A DNA stretch of 64,000 nucleotides from Escherichia coli (GCF_044324875.1 NZ_CP172185.1); one strand, 5' to 3'; positions 11,002 through 21,842 are shown, numbered from the stretch's first letter. A program made the numbers and translations. Notes: generated from the sequence alone by a model not told the origin.

Positions 11002-11907
11002 TTAACGTGCCGCTGGGCTAAAAAGCGCAGAATAATCCGTATTGCAGATTCGCTGTACCGCCGGGTGCTGAATCATCCGCTCAGCAAAAATAGCATGGTA
11101 CTCTTCCATCACATTTTCGACGCGACCAATTTCTACGACAGTTTTATCGGCATAAAAGTCATATGCATAAAGCGTTGGGGCAACGAAGATTGCATTGTGC
11201 ATCGCACCAAAAGCTTTCATCAACGCGGCATCATCAAACTCGCCGAGGATTTCTACGTTTAATCCCTGGGAGTTAAACCAGTTAAGCAATTTGCGCCCTA
11301 ACATTGAACGTCGCCCAGGAATCAAAAGCCGCCGTTCTTCCAGACAAGCCGGGAACGGTTTTTCCGGTGGTGGATTTGTACACCAGAAACTCACGCCACA
11401 TTCGCCAATTCTCACGGAGAACAGACCTTCCTGCTGCGTAGAATCTATCGGACAGTCGGAAATGATCATATCCAGTTTATGCTGACTTAATTGCTCCAGC
11501 AGCATTTCGTGGGTGGATTCGAAGCAGCGAAGATGAATCGGCTCGCCTTCTACCACTGCGGCGTTAAGTACGCTACTGACCAGGCGTTTAGAAAGTGCAT
11601 CAGCCACGCCAACGTCAAACAATAAATTGGATTCTTTGCGATAGTTCACAATATCCAGCATTTCCTGGCTTAAGGTGAACATTTTATCGGCATAGCGATA
11701 GACCAGCTCTCCCAGCTCGCTGGGTTCGAGACCACGTCCCTTGCGTTTAAATAATTTGCCTTGCAGGCGCTCTTCCAGCGCCCGAATCTGCCCGGTAATG
11801 GTTTGTGGTGTTAAATAAAGCGCCTCCGCTGCGCCAACCACGGAACCTTCTTTATAGACATGCCAGAAGTAATACAAGTGGTTGTAATTGATATGAGACA
11901 TGCTCAT
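11002..11907 (-). CDS. nhaR: LysR-family transcriptional activator of nhaA
   Basis: ORF contains [48 protein letters not shown] (NhaR, 301 aa from the internal Met); adjacent to nhaA. Confidence 0.94.
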   Translation of the reverse strand: MSMSHINYNHLYYFWHVYKEGSVVGAAEALYLTPQTITGQIRALEERLQGKLFKRKGRGLEPSELGELVYRYADKMFTLSQEMLDIVNYRKESNLLFDVGVADALSKRLVSSVLNAAVVEGEPIHLRCFESTHEMLLEQLSQHKLDMIISDCPIDSTQQEGLFSVRIGECGVSFWCTNPPPEKPFPACLEERRLLIPGRRSMLGRKLLNWFNSQGLNVEILGEFDDAALMKAFGAMHNAIFVAPTLYAYDFYADKTVVEIGRVENVMEEYHAIFAERMIQHPAVQRICNTDYSALFSPAAR

Positions 11908-11966
11908 TTCTCTCCCTGATAACAATGAAAAGGGAGCCGTTTATGGCTCCCCGGTAAACCGTCCTG

Positions 11967-13133
11967 TCAAACTGATGGACGCAAACGAACGCGTAACCAG
12001 CTGTATCCAATTACCGCCGAAGAGATAGAACCGACCAGGATACCGAGTTTCGCCCAGTTAATCAGTTCTGGATCTACGCTACCAAAGGCCAGGCTGGCAA
12101 TAAAGATAGACATAGTAAAACCGATACCGCACAGGATCCCCACCGCCATAATTTGCTGATAAGTCGTTCCCTCAGGCAGATGCGCCAGTTTCAAACGCAG
12201 CGCCAACCAGCAGAACAGACTAATCCCCAGCGGTTTGCCAATCAGCAAGCCAGCGATGATCCCCAATGGCAGAATGGAGGTCAAGCCATCCAGCGTGACG
12301 CCTTGCAGTGAAACGCCAGCATTAGCAAATGCAAACAGCGGTAAAATCAGATACGCCACCCACGGGTGCAACACATGCTCCAGTCGCTTCGCTGGAGAAC
12401 GCCCATGCTTCTCTTTCAAAGGAATAAAGAAGCCGACAATTACCCCCGCCAGGGTTGCGTGAACCCCCGATTTCAACACCGCAGTCCACAACACCACGCC
12501 AACCAGAATATAAACGCCCGTGCGGCGTACACCACACAGATTCAATACCGCGAGTACCGCAATTGCTACAGCCGCGACGCCAAGAGAGGCCATCGATAAG
12601 TCATTAGTGTAGAACAATGCGATGATAATGATGGCCCCAAGATCGTCGATAATAGCCAGAGCCATCAAAAAGATCTTCAGCGCTAACGGAACACGACTTC
12701 CCAATAGCGCCAGCACACCAAGTGCAAAAGCAATGTCAGTAGCCGCCGGGATCGCCCACCCTTCGCGGGTAATCGGATCGGCATGGTTAAAGGCCAGATA
12801 GAGTAATGCAGGCACAATCATCCCACCAATAGCGGCGATAACTGGAAATGCAGCCTGGCGTAAGCTGGCTAGCGATCCTTGCATCAGTTCACGTTTAACT
12901 TCCAGACCGACTAACAGGAAAAATACCGCCATCAGCGCGTCATTTATCCATAACAGCATGTTTTTGTTGATTTCGAGTGAACCAACCCGGAGCTGAACCG
13001 GCGTCTCCAGAAAGTCGTGATACCATCCACTGGTTGCGCCGCTGTTGGCCATAATCATCGCCAGGATAGCGGCAATGATAAGAATAATGCCTCCCGAGGC
13101 ATCACTGCTAAAGAATCGATGCAGATGTTTCAC
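11967..13133 (-). CDS. nhaA: Na+/H+ antiporter NhaA
   Basis: 388-aa polytopic membrane protein [52 protein letters not shown], recognised as NhaA. Confidence 0.95.
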   Translation of the reverse strand: MKHLHRFFSSDASGGIILIIAAILAMIMANSGATSGWYHDFLETPVQLRVGSLEINKNMLLWINDALMAVFFLLVGLEVKRELMQGSLASLRQAAFPVIAAIGGMIVPALLYLAFNHADPITREGWAIPAATDIAFALGVLALLGSRVPLALKIFLMALAIIDDLGAIIIIALFYTNDLSMASLGVAAVAIAVLAVLNLCGVRRTGVYILVGVVLWTAVLKSGVHATLAGVIVGFFIPLKEKHGRSPAKRLEHVLHPWVAYLILPLFAFANAGVSLQGVTLDGLTSILPLGIIAGLLIGKPLGISLFCWLALRLKLAHLPEGTTYQQIMAVGILCGIGFTMSIFIASLAFGSVDPELINWAKLGILVGSISSAVIGYSWLRVRLRPSV

Positions 13134-13384
13134 TTTTTATTTCTCTTTCAGGTGAATAGATCGTTTTTACTATCTTACCCCGCACGAATCATCGTTAAAA
13201 TCAGATTATAGTGTAGGAATAATTCGTTTTTTACGAACCATTGAAGGATTTGTGCCATCAGCGATGAGATGAGTTTTTGACGGCTGTAAGCGCTCACGAG
13301 TGACCCTAAGCCCTGATAATCATAGCTTAAGGTCAGGATTTCTGAGGGATTAATTAGGAAAAGTAATAATAAAATCGCACTGTG

Positions 13385-14629
13385 CTATAGCTGTTTATTC
13401 CAGAGATGCTTGAAAATATCTAATGTTGAGACAACATTGGCAGGCGACATTCGGTTTAATGAGGGTAGAAAGGGATGAGCCTCCAGAAAGTTGATAAAAC
13501 GAGTCGCGCTTGCCAACGTCGAATACCGCATTTCATTTGCTTTCTTGTTTCCTGTAAGGTTACAAACAGCCATTGAATAATCACGGGCGGAAAATGCACG
13601 CCAGACATTATTTCTCACGCCACCACTCAAAAATAACCGCGGCGGCGTATCATAATGAGTCGTTTTCTCGCCGCGTTCTTTCACAAATGAAATATGGCAC
13701 CGGCCTTGATGAATATGCTGTAAATTAGCCATCAGACAACCGCCTAATATAAAGCACTCGTGATCAAGGTAGTGTTGAATATTTATAGAATATGCTTCAG
13801 TCAGTGCTCTAACCAGTTCAAAATGGCGATACGCCGGAAGAACCGGTTTCACCAGCATCCCCGGATCGTTTTGATGTAATATCGCCCGACCATAATCAAT
13901 ATCAAATAAGGTATCACGCCGCATAGTAAGTAACTCCTTGCGTTGTACGTGATGCGCCAGTGTACCTGGAGACAAACGCTCTTCATAACTTGATGCATAT
14001 TGATAATGCGACTCTACCGCTGATGAAGAATAATTTGTTGAAATAGCGACGACTCTACCGCTTTGTTCTTCTGCGGTAACAAGACTATAAAGATAGTTGT
14101 TACTACCGTTAAACTTTACGCGAAAAGCGCGGGTAGATAGAGAAATATCAGAAGCAGAAGAATACTGGCAACTTTCTTTATAGTTTACTTCCCGGGCTAG
14201 TTTCATCAACTCACGGTTAAGCCCTGTGCTATTAAGAAGTAATAATTTACGGATATCTGCAAGTGAAGCGCCTTGATCAATCATCAATGCTAAATGTGTT
14301 CTTCGTGGCGTTGTATTTACATGATCCAGAGTGATAAAAGTTCTGGAACAATGATGACAATACATTCTCCTCTGCCCCTGAGCTGAATAGCCATACTTTT
14401 TCAGAGATGTGCTTCCGCAAGCTGAACATTGTGGAACCAACCCTCTCCATGAATGATTAACACGATTACGATAAATATTAAGAGATCGTTCAGATATCAC
14501 AGGAAACAAGTAACCGCATTCCCGACATAAAATATTTTTGCCTTGTGCAATATAATCCTGGCTATTCAACAACCCCAGGTTTTTGCATCCTGGTGTTTTG
14601 CAACAATCAACATTTACGTTGGTAAACAT
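13385..14629 (-). CDS. Cys-rich zinc-ribbon / HTH-like protein of unknown function (about 414 aa from the Met with the best ribosome-binding site)
   Basis: GGGAG ribosome-binding site before the second in-frame ATG (MFTNVNVDCC...). N-terminus carries CC-x4-C, CRECG, CSACG and CHHC pairs; the segment CSACGSTS...YCHHCSRTF followed by a helix-turn-helix-like stretch resembles the zinc-ribbon DNA-binding module of IS1 InsA-type proteins; the C-terminal ~280 aa have no family I recognise. Confidence 0.65.
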   Translation of the reverse strand: MFTNVNVDCCKTPGCKNLGLLNSQDYIAQGKNILCRECGYLFPVISERSLNIYRNRVNHSWRGLVPQCSACGSTSLKKYGYSAQGQRRMYCHHCSRTFITLDHVNTTPRRTHLALMIDQGASLADIRKLLLLNSTGLNRELMKLAREVNYKESCQYSSASDISLSTRAFRVKFNGSNNYLYSLVTAEEQSGRVVAISTNYSSSAVESHYQYASSYEERLSPGTLAHHVQRKELLTMRRDTLFDIDYGRAILHQNDPGMLVKPVLPAYRHFELVRALTEAYSINIQHYLDHECFILGGCLMANLQHIHQGRCHISFVKERGEKTTHYDTPPRLFLSGGVRNNVWRAFSARDYSMAVCNLTGNKKANEMRYSTLASATRFINFLEAHPFLPSLNRMSPANVVSTLDIFKHLWNKQL

Positions 14630-14758
14630 ATTCACTCCCTGCGAATACCCGGATATTATCGTCATATGTCAAAGAAAAGAACCTGATTCAATGTGTAACA
14701 TTGAATCAGGCGGGCATGGCCCTGAAAGGCATACATTACATATATTATGGTTATCAGA

Positions 14759-16252
14759 TTAGCCCCAGGTTACCGCTTCCGGTTTATCACCTCTGGCTTT
14801 CATTAATGAATCATTATCAATATCGGCTTTATACTTTAAGAACTTACCATACATTTGTTTTTCAATGTCTGGATTTTTACCTATCTGATTAATGGTCTCA
14901 AAACGATCGGTTTTGAGGTTGTATAGGTACTTTGGCTTATTGTTACGATCGATGATCATTTTCCAGTCACCATCACGTATCGCCCATTCGTCGGTTGGAT
15001 CATCCTGGAATGGCATGTCAATTCCGAAGATTAATGGCTTTTCACGTTTTAGCGCCTTGTTCTCAAGGACAGGAACCAACGATTCGCCATCAAAAGTCCG
15101 GTCCGTCGGTAATTTGAAGTTCATCATTTTCGCTAAAGTAGGCATCCAGTCCAGACCATAAACGGGTGTATCTGAAACCATTCCCTGTGGTAGATGTTTA
15201 CCATATTTAATAATCGCTGGAACACGAATTCCGCCTTCCCAAAGGTTATCCTTGCGACCGCGTAATCCATCCGTTTCCCCTGCCAAATTCAGCTCATACA
15301 CTTTGCGCGCTTCACGCGTTACCGGACCGTTATCACTGGTAAAAATAACAATGGTGTTATCTTCTTCACCCATCGCTTTGATTTTATCCAGCACTTTTCC
15401 AACCTGTGCATCCAGATAGCTGATATTGGCATAATATTCCCCCACACCACGCCAGGGTTTGTCTGCCCAGTCGCCATAAAATAAATCAGGATGCTGCTTC
15501 TGATACGCGCTCATATATTGTGAGTACATATCGAGGTATTTTTTGGGCGAAGCCAGGGGGCTATGCACTTCGGTAAAAGCGACATAGAGGAAGAAAGGCT
15601 TGCTGTCCTTTTTGTTATCCAGCCAGTTGACGACTTCCGAACTGACATACTCACCGCTCATTTTATCGGCTCGTGGAGTGGGTTGCCCATTACGCAACCA
15701 ACCCGTCGGATACACCATGCCAAAACGGGGACGCTCCTTCGCATTATCCAGAGTAGCGTCGGTAACAAAACCCGCCGTATTAACCAGTGAGTAATCAAAG
15801 CCCATATCTTTTGCCTGCGGCTGATCGGTGCGATCGCCGCCTGCATTCAGATGCAGCTTACCCATCATGGCCGTGTCGTACCCTTGCGCTTTGAGTAGAT
15901 TAGCAATCGTGAGTTCATTACGCCCTAATGCCACATCTTTTCCCGTTGGGATCCATGAGCGTATGCCGGTACGAAATGGCATCCGCCCTGTTAATAGTCC
16001 CGCCCGTGAAGGAGAACTTAAGGGGGCAGGTGCATAATAGTCGGTAAATTTGACGCCTTCCTGGGCAAGCCTGTCTATATTGGGCGTTTTAACGATCTGA
16101 TGTCCATATGTTGCTAAATCACCATAGCCTAAATCATCCGCCATAATGATGACTAAATTGGGTTGTTTAGTTTCGGCGGCTACGGCTGGATTAAAAGCAT
16201 TCCCTGTGCAAACTGCAAGGCCGATCAAACTGGCCATTAATGTTTTCTGCAT
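14759..16252 (-). CDS. Periplasmic Ser-type sulfatase (alkaline phosphatase superfamily)
   Basis: AAGGA ribosome-binding site before ATG (MQKTLMASLIGLAVCTGNAFNPAVAAE signal peptide); sulfatase signature P-L-S-S-P-S-R-A-G-L-L-T-G with Ser at the formylglycine position; metal-binding DDLGYGD near the N-terminus. Confidence 0.88.
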   Translation of the reverse strand: MQKTLMASLIGLAVCTGNAFNPAVAAETKQPNLVIIMADDLGYGDLATYGHQIVKTPNIDRLAQEGVKFTDYYAPAPLSSPSRAGLLTGRMPFRTGIRSWIPTGKDVALGRNELTIANLLKAQGYDTAMMGKLHLNAGGDRTDQPQAKDMGFDYSLVNTAGFVTDATLDNAKERPRFGMVYPTGWLRNGQPTPRADKMSGEYVSSEVVNWLDNKKDSKPFFLYVAFTEVHSPLASPKKYLDMYSQYMSAYQKQHPDLFYGDWADKPWRGVGEYYANISYLDAQVGKVLDKIKAMGEEDNTIVIFTSDNGPVTREARKVYELNLAGETDGLRGRKDNLWEGGIRVPAIIKYGKHLPQGMVSDTPVYGLDWMPTLAKMMNFKLPTDRTFDGESLVPVLENKALKREKPLIFGIDMPFQDDPTDEWAIRDGDWKMIIDRNNKPKYLYNLKTDRFETINQIGKNPDIEKQMYGKFLKYKADIDNDSLMKARGDKPEAVTWG

Positions 16253-16271
16253 AATTATTCCTTGATGAAAA

Positions 16272-17033
16272 TTAGAAATCATAACCAAGCATATAAATCA
16301 TTTGATCGCCAAAACCATCGTAGCCTAACTTATTATCGAAATAACGCCACGTCACACTGGCTTTCCAGCGAGGATAGAACTTCCAGGCAACTGTTAAACC
16401 GCCATTTAACCCATTCCGACCAAATTGTTGTTCCGCATAGGCATCATTTCTGTCCAGTTCTATTTCATTCCAGTTAGATAAAACAAATTTTTCGTCAAAT
16501 AACGTAAAAGGTAATACTGCTGTCCAGCCAACAACATAACCATTCCAGCCATTTGTTTGTCCATATTTGGCTGAGACGTAGTCTCCAGATTGATTATGTA
16601 ATCCAATATACGGTTTAAAAACCCCCCATGAACCATTCCAGCCGAGGTAGCCCAAACCATAAAACATATCAAGATCGTCACCCCATGAGTTATCCCATTG
16701 ACCATAGATCTTGCCAAAGAAAGTCATATTGGAGTCAAAAAGTCTGACATGTGTCATAGCAGAAACGGTATGATTACGCCCCGCTACGGCATGGTTAAGC
16801 ACATTGCTTTCATAAAATGAGTAAAACTCGGCTTCTTTAAAATTCACACCAAAGTCCGCAGTCACTTTCCATACTTCACCACGATGAGTGTTAACGAAGC
16901 CACTATTCCAGTCAGCATAACCTGCATTTATTGAGCCAAAGGAACCTTTATATTCTAATGAAGAATATGCAGGAAGGTGATAGAAAATCGTTGTCAGGGC
17001 ACACGCAATAAGAAGCCGTCTTTTGGCAGACAT
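16272..17033 (-). CDS. Small outer-membrane beta-barrel channel (Tsx/KdgM-like, 253 aa)
   Basis: Signal peptide, aromatic- and Gly-rich alternating strands, and a C-terminal ...GYDF with terminal Phe typical of outer-membrane beta-barrels; immediately upstream of the sulfatase on the same strand. Family assignment is approximate. Confidence 0.75.
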   Translation of the reverse strand: MSAKRRLLIACALTTIFYHLPAYSSLEYKGSFGSINAGYADWNSGFVNTHRGEVWKVTADFGVNFKEAEFYSFYESNVLNHAVAGRNHTVSAMTHVRLFDSNMTFFGKIYGQWDNSWGDDLDMFYGLGYLGWNGSWGVFKPYIGLHNQSGDYVSAKYGQTNGWNGYVVGWTAVLPFTLFDEKFVLSNWNEIELDRNDAYAEQQFGRNGLNGGLTVAWKFYPRWKASVTWRYFDNKLGYDGFGDQMIYMLGYDF

Positions 17034-17543
17034 ATAATATGCTCTCCATTCATTGTTTTTATGGTTCCATAGAAATCAATACATCAGATAATTCATTTTG
17101 ATTAAGAACGACTCAGAAAGTATATTTAAAGGTGAATGGCAAAGCGTGATGGAGATCGCAGATTACTTTTACCCCCGGGTGTGGAGGTATCGTGTTTCAA
17201 AAAGTGTGTCTATTTTAAATATCACTCATTGATTTATAGACATTTTTTCCTTATAAAAAAACACTAAATTCTGTACAAGAATTATTTTGTATCTTCTACT
17301 ACTTTCTCCAGTAATAACTCACCTTTCAGGCATAACTTAAATCTGCTTGTTCATAATCTCAATTTTTGTAAATGAAAAGGCACATAAGAGTTAAAATAAA
17401 CAATGATCTAAAGATTAATTACGCAAAAATGCGAGGCGTCTTCAAGATTAGAATCGATAAAACAGAATGGGTTAAAGAGAGCGATATAATAGCGGCGGGT
17501 GCTTGAGGCTGTCTGTCTCAGGCATTAGCTGAACGGCAGATAG

Positions 17544-17598
17544 AGAAAAGCCCCGAGTGATATTTTACTATCAACCCGAGGCCCCCTATATGCAGAAC
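17544..17598 (-). ncRNA. sokC: Sok-type antisense RNA of the hokC/mokC locus (approximate coordinates)
   Basis: Placed by the known architecture of hok/sok loci (antisense RNA overlapping the mok start on the opposite strand); coordinates are projected, not read from a structure. Confidence 0.35.
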
Positions 17599-17799
17599 AC
17601 ATGTAGAGTGCCTCTTACTGACCGTAAGGTCAAGGAGAAGAGAGCAATGAAGCAGCATAAGGCGATGATTGTCGCCCTGATCGTCATCTGTATCACCGCC
17701 GTAGTGGCGGCGCTGGTAACGAGAAAAGACCTCTGTGAGGTTCACATCCGAACTGGCCAGACGGAGGTTGCTGTTTTCACGGCTTACGAATCCGAGTAA
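17590..17799 (+). CDS. mokC: Mok-type overlapping regulatory reading frame (69 aa)
   Basis: In-frame extension MQNTCRVPLTDRKVKEKRA upstream of the hok ORF, sharing the same stop. Confidence 0.55.
   Translation: MQNTCRVPLTDRKVKEKRAMKQHKAMIVALIVICITAVVAALVTRKDLCEVHIRTGQTEVAVFTAYESE
17647..17799 (+). CDS. hokC: Hok-family type I toxin (50 aa membrane peptide)
   Basis: MKQHKAMIVALIVICITAVVAALVTRKDLCEVHIRTGQTEVAVFTAYESE, the canonical Hok/Gef sequence pattern. Confidence 0.85.
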   Translation: MKQHKAMIVALIVICITAVVAALVTRKDLCEVHIRTGQTEVAVFTAYESE

Positions 17800-17902
17800 G
17801 AGCAACGGCGGGGAGTGATCCCCGCCACTTTACAGGTGCTCGCATATCTTCAACGCACCCTGGTTTTACCCAGGCCTGCCCACGGGCAGGCTTTTGGGGA
17901 GG

Positions 17903-19033
17903 TTAGCGGGTCAGGTCGTCAAAAAACTTCTTCACACCATCAAAGAAGCTCTTTGAGCGCGGGCTGTTGTGCTCGCCGGTTGGGCCACCGAAGCTTTCTT
18001 GCAGCTCTTGCAGCAGCTGTTTCTGCTTCTCGTTCAGGCCTACCGGTGTTTCGACGACAACGCGGCACAGCAAATCACCCTGTGCGCCACCGCGGACAGA
18101 CTTGACGCCTTTACCGCGCATACGGAACAGCTTACCGGTCTGGGTTTCGCCAGGCACTTTCAGTTTGACGCGACCATCAAGGGTCGGTACTTCGATTTCG
18201 CCACCCAGCGCCGCCATAGCGAAGTTGATCGGGACTTCGCAATAGAGGTTGTTGCCTTCACGCTCGAAAATCGGGTGCTGTTTAACCTGAACCTGAACGT
18301 ACAGATCGCCTGCCGGTGCGCCATGCTCGCCCGCTTCACCTTCGCCCGCAAGACGGATGCGGTCTCCAGTGTCCACCCCTGCCGGGATTTTAACGGACAG
18401 CGTTTTGCTGCGCTCAACACGACCATGACCATGACATTTGTTGCACGGATCTTTGATCAGCGTACCGCGGCCCTGACAGTGTGGACAGGTCTGCTGCACG
18501 GCAAAGAAACCCTGGCGCATCTGCACCTGACCAGAACCATGACAGGTCGGACAGGTCTGCGGCTGTGTACCTGGTTTTGCACCGCTACCGTGGCAAACGT
18601 CACACTCTTCCAGAGTCGGAATGCGGATCTCTTTGGTCACGCCACGTACAGCTTCTTCGAGGGTGAGCTCCATGTTATAGCGTAAATCAGCACCGCGCGC
18701 CGCACGTTGACGACCACGTCCGCCGCCAAAAATATCGCCGAAAACGTCACCAAAAATATCGCTGAAGTCTGCGCCGCCGCCGAAACCGCCGCCGCCCATG
18801 CCACCTTGCTCAAACGCAGCATGACCATACTGATCGTATGCCGCACGTTTTTGCGAGTCGGTCAGAACTTCATAAGCTTCCTTGATCTCTTTAAATTTCG
18901 CCTCGGCCTCTTTGTCACCCTGGTTACGGTCCGGGTGGTATTTCATGGCCAGGCGTTTGTAGGCCTTTTTGATTTCACGCTCTTCCGCTGTTTTGGAAAC
19001 GCCTAAAATCTCGTAATAATCTTGCTTAGCCAT
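17903..19033 (-). CDS. dnaJ: Chaperone DnaJ (Hsp40)
   Basis: [38 protein letters not shown]-domain, Gly/Phe-rich region and four CxxCxGxG zinc-finger repeats; downstream of dnaK. Confidence 0.96.
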
Positions 19034-19121
19034 CTTTTTTAAATTGCCCCTAGATGAATGCACGGGCGGAGAGGAAATTCCCCTTCGCCCGTGTCAGTAT
19101 AATTACCCGTTTATAGGGCGA

Positions 19122-21038
19122 TTATTTTTTGTCTTTGACTTCTTCAAATTCAGCGTCGACAACATCGTCATCTTTCGCGTTGTTTGCAGAAGCATCAGCA
19201 CCGGCAGTCTGCTGCTGGGCATGTTGCTGCTGGGCGATTTCCATCAGTTTCTGGGAAACCTGTGCCAGTTCCTGCATTTTCGCTTCGATAGCGGCTTTGT
19301 CTTCACCTTTCAGAGCAGTTTCCAGTGCAGTCAGCGCAGACTCGATAGCAGTTTTGTCGTCAGCCGGCAGTTTGTCGCCTGCTTCTTCAACCTGCTTACG
19401 GGTGCTGTGCAGCAGATGGTCACCCTGGTTGCGAGTCTGTACCAGCTCTTCAAACTTACGGTCAGCTTCGGCGTTAGCTTCTGCGTCGCGTACCATTTTC
19501 TGGATTTCATCTTCGTTCAGACCAGAAGAAGCCTTGATGGTGATCTTCTGCTCTTTACCGCTGTTTTTATCTTTCGCGGAAACGTGCAGGATACCGTCAG
19601 CATCGATATCGAAGGTAACTTCGATCTGCGGCATACCGCGCGGTGCCGGGTTGATACCATCCAGGTTGAACTGACCCAGAGATTTGTTATCAGCCGCACG
19701 TTTACGTTCACCCTGCAGCACATGGATGGTTACCGCAGACTGGTTGTCTTCAGCGGTAGAGAACACCTGGCTGTGCTTGGTCGGGATAGTGGTGTTTTTC
19801 GCGATCAGCGTCGTCATCACACCGCCCATGGTTTCGATACCCAGTGACAGCGGGGTAACGTCCAGCAGCAGTACGTCTTTTACGTCACCAGTCAGAACAC
19901 CACCCTGAACAGCAGCACCGATTGCTACAGCTTCGTCCGGGTTAACGTCTTTACGCGGCTCTTTACCAAAGAACTCAGCAACTTTCTTCTGAACCATTGG
20001 CATACGAGTCTGACCACCAACGAGGATAACGTCGTCGATATCAGATACGGACAGGCCAGCGTCCTGCAGTGCAACTTTCAGCGGCTCAATGGAACGGTTT
20101 ACCAGATCTTCAACCAGGCTTTCCAGTTTCGCACGAGTCACTTTGATGTTCATGTGTTTCGGACCGGTCGCGTCTGCAGTGATGTACGGCAGGTTAACGT
20201 CGGTCTGCTGAGCGGAAGACAGCTCGATTTTCGCTTTTTCTGCCGCTTCTTTCAGGCGCTGCATTGCCAGCGGATCGTTGCGCAGGTCAATGCCCTGATC
20301 TTTCTTGAATTCTTCAACCAGGTAGTTGATCAGACGGCTGTCGAAATCTTCACCACCCAGGTGGGTATCACCGTTGGTTGCCAGAACTTCGAAGGTTTTT
20401 TCGCCGTCAACTTCGTCGATTTCGATAATAGAAATATCGAAAGTACCACCACCCAGGTCATAAACCGCGATAGTACGGTTGCCAGTACCTTTGTCCAGAC
20501 CGTAAGCCAGCGCAGCTGCGGTCGGTTCGTTGATGATACGTTTTACTTCCAGACCAGCGATACGGCCTGCGTCTTTGGTTGCCTGACGCTGAGCATCGTT
20601 AAAGTATGCCGGTACGGTGATAACAGCTTCAGTTACCGGTTCACCCAGGTAATCTTCAGCGGTTTTCTTCATTTTTTTCAGCACTTCAGCAGAGATCTGC
20701 GGCGGTGCCATTTTCTGGCCTTTAACTTCGACCCATGCGTCGCCGTTATCAGCAGCAATAATTTTGAACGGCATGATGGAAACATCACGCTGTACTTCTT
20801 CGTCCTGGAAGCGGCGGCCAATCAGGCGTTTAATCGCAAACAGGGTGTTTTGCGGGTTCGTCACTGCCTGACGTTTAGCCGGCTGACCAACCAGAGTTTC
20901 ACCATCCTGGGTATAGGCAATGATAGAAGGCGTGGTGCGATCGCCTTCGGCGTTCTCCAGTACACGAGGAGTGGTGCCATCCATAATCGCTACACAAGAG
21001 TTGGTAGTACCCAGGTCGATACCAATTATTTTACCCAT
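19122..21038 (-). CDS. dnaK: Chaperone DnaK (Hsp70)
   Basis: 638-aa [24 protein letters not shown]...; unmistakable Hsp70. Confidence 0.98.
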
Positions 21039-21080
21039 CTAAACGTCTCCACTATATATTCGGTCATCATGTGGTTGTGA

Positions 21081-21190
21081 GTCTGTAATAGGGGCGAAAC
21101 GTCTGGTTTCAACTGCCCAATTTCATTTTTTTGCAGACTCACTCACTGCGGTTGACTACTAAATGGGGTCGTAACCCACGTCATCAAGGG
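21081..21190 (-). promoter_or_regulatory. dnaK heat-shock (sigma-32) promoter region, P1 and P2
   Basis: On the minus strand: CCCCCTTGATGACGTGGGTTACGACCCCATTTAGTAGTC (TTGA -35 and CCCCATTTA -10-like) and further downstream TTGAAACCAGACGTTTCGCCCCTATTACAGA; matches the sigma-32 consensus CTTGAA ... CCCCATnT. Confidence 0.7.
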
Positions 21191-21413
21191 GGAGATGCAA
21201 AAATTTTTTGTGCTTTTGCGCAGAAATTTCGCGATATGCCAGAACAAGACACGATACTGACAGCAATTTTATTCATATAGAGAATGAATGGCAGGCAAGA
21301 CATTCATAGAAAAATTGTAATAAAAAGAAAATATTACGTACCTGAATCTTCTCTTTATCAGCAGTAAACTAGTGGGTATTTATCCCCTACCTCTCCCCAC
21401 TAAGAGAATCCTT

Positions 21414-21818
21414 ATGAAATCCGTTTTTACGATTTCCGCCAGCCTGGCGATTAGCCTGCTGCTGTGCTGCACGGCGCAGGCAAACAACCATAAAATCCTC
21501 GGCGTCATTGCGATGCCGCGTAACGAAACCAACGATCTGGCGCTGAAACTTCCTGTTTGTCGCATTGTTAAACGCATTCAACTCACTGCCGACCATGGCG
21601 ATTTACAGTTAAGTGGTGCATCGGTTTATTTCAAAGCCGCCCGTAGCGCCAGTCAGAGCCTGAATATTCCTTCAGAAATAAAAGAAGGGCAAACCACTGA
21701 CTGGATCAACATTAACAGCGATAACGACAATAAACGCTGCGTCTCAAAAATCACCTTTTCCGGCCATACGGTGAACTCATCGGATATGACCACGCTGAAA
21801 ATTATCGGCGATGACTAA
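21414..21818 (+). CDS. yaaI: Secreted/periplasmic DUF2541-type protein YaaI
   Basis: ORF with signal peptide [23 protein letters not shown]; position divergent from dnaK as in E. coli. Confidence 0.8.
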   Translation: MKSVFTISASLAISLLLCCTAQANNHKILGVIAMPRNETNDLALKLPVCRIVKRIQLTADHGDLQLSGASVYFKAARSASQSLNIPSEIKEGQTTDWININSDNDNKRCVSKITFSGHTVNSSDMTTLKIIGDD

Positions 21819-21842
21819 CGCCAGAATATAGAAGCCAAAAAA

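Noticed and set aside
13385-14629. Possibility that the Cys-rich protein is the radical-SAM sulfatase maturase
   Set aside because: No CX3CX2C radical-SAM motif and no SPASM-like Cys cluster; the Cys residues are in CxxC pairs typical of zinc ribbons.
17969-18685. 238-aa + strand ORF
   Set aside because: Antisense within dnaJ; Gly/Cys-repeat codons of dnaJ create long open frames on the opposite strand.
19044-21080. Several + strand ORFs (19044-19847, 19129-19674, 20154-21080)
   Set aside because: All antisense within dnaK, one of the most confidently identified genes in the window.
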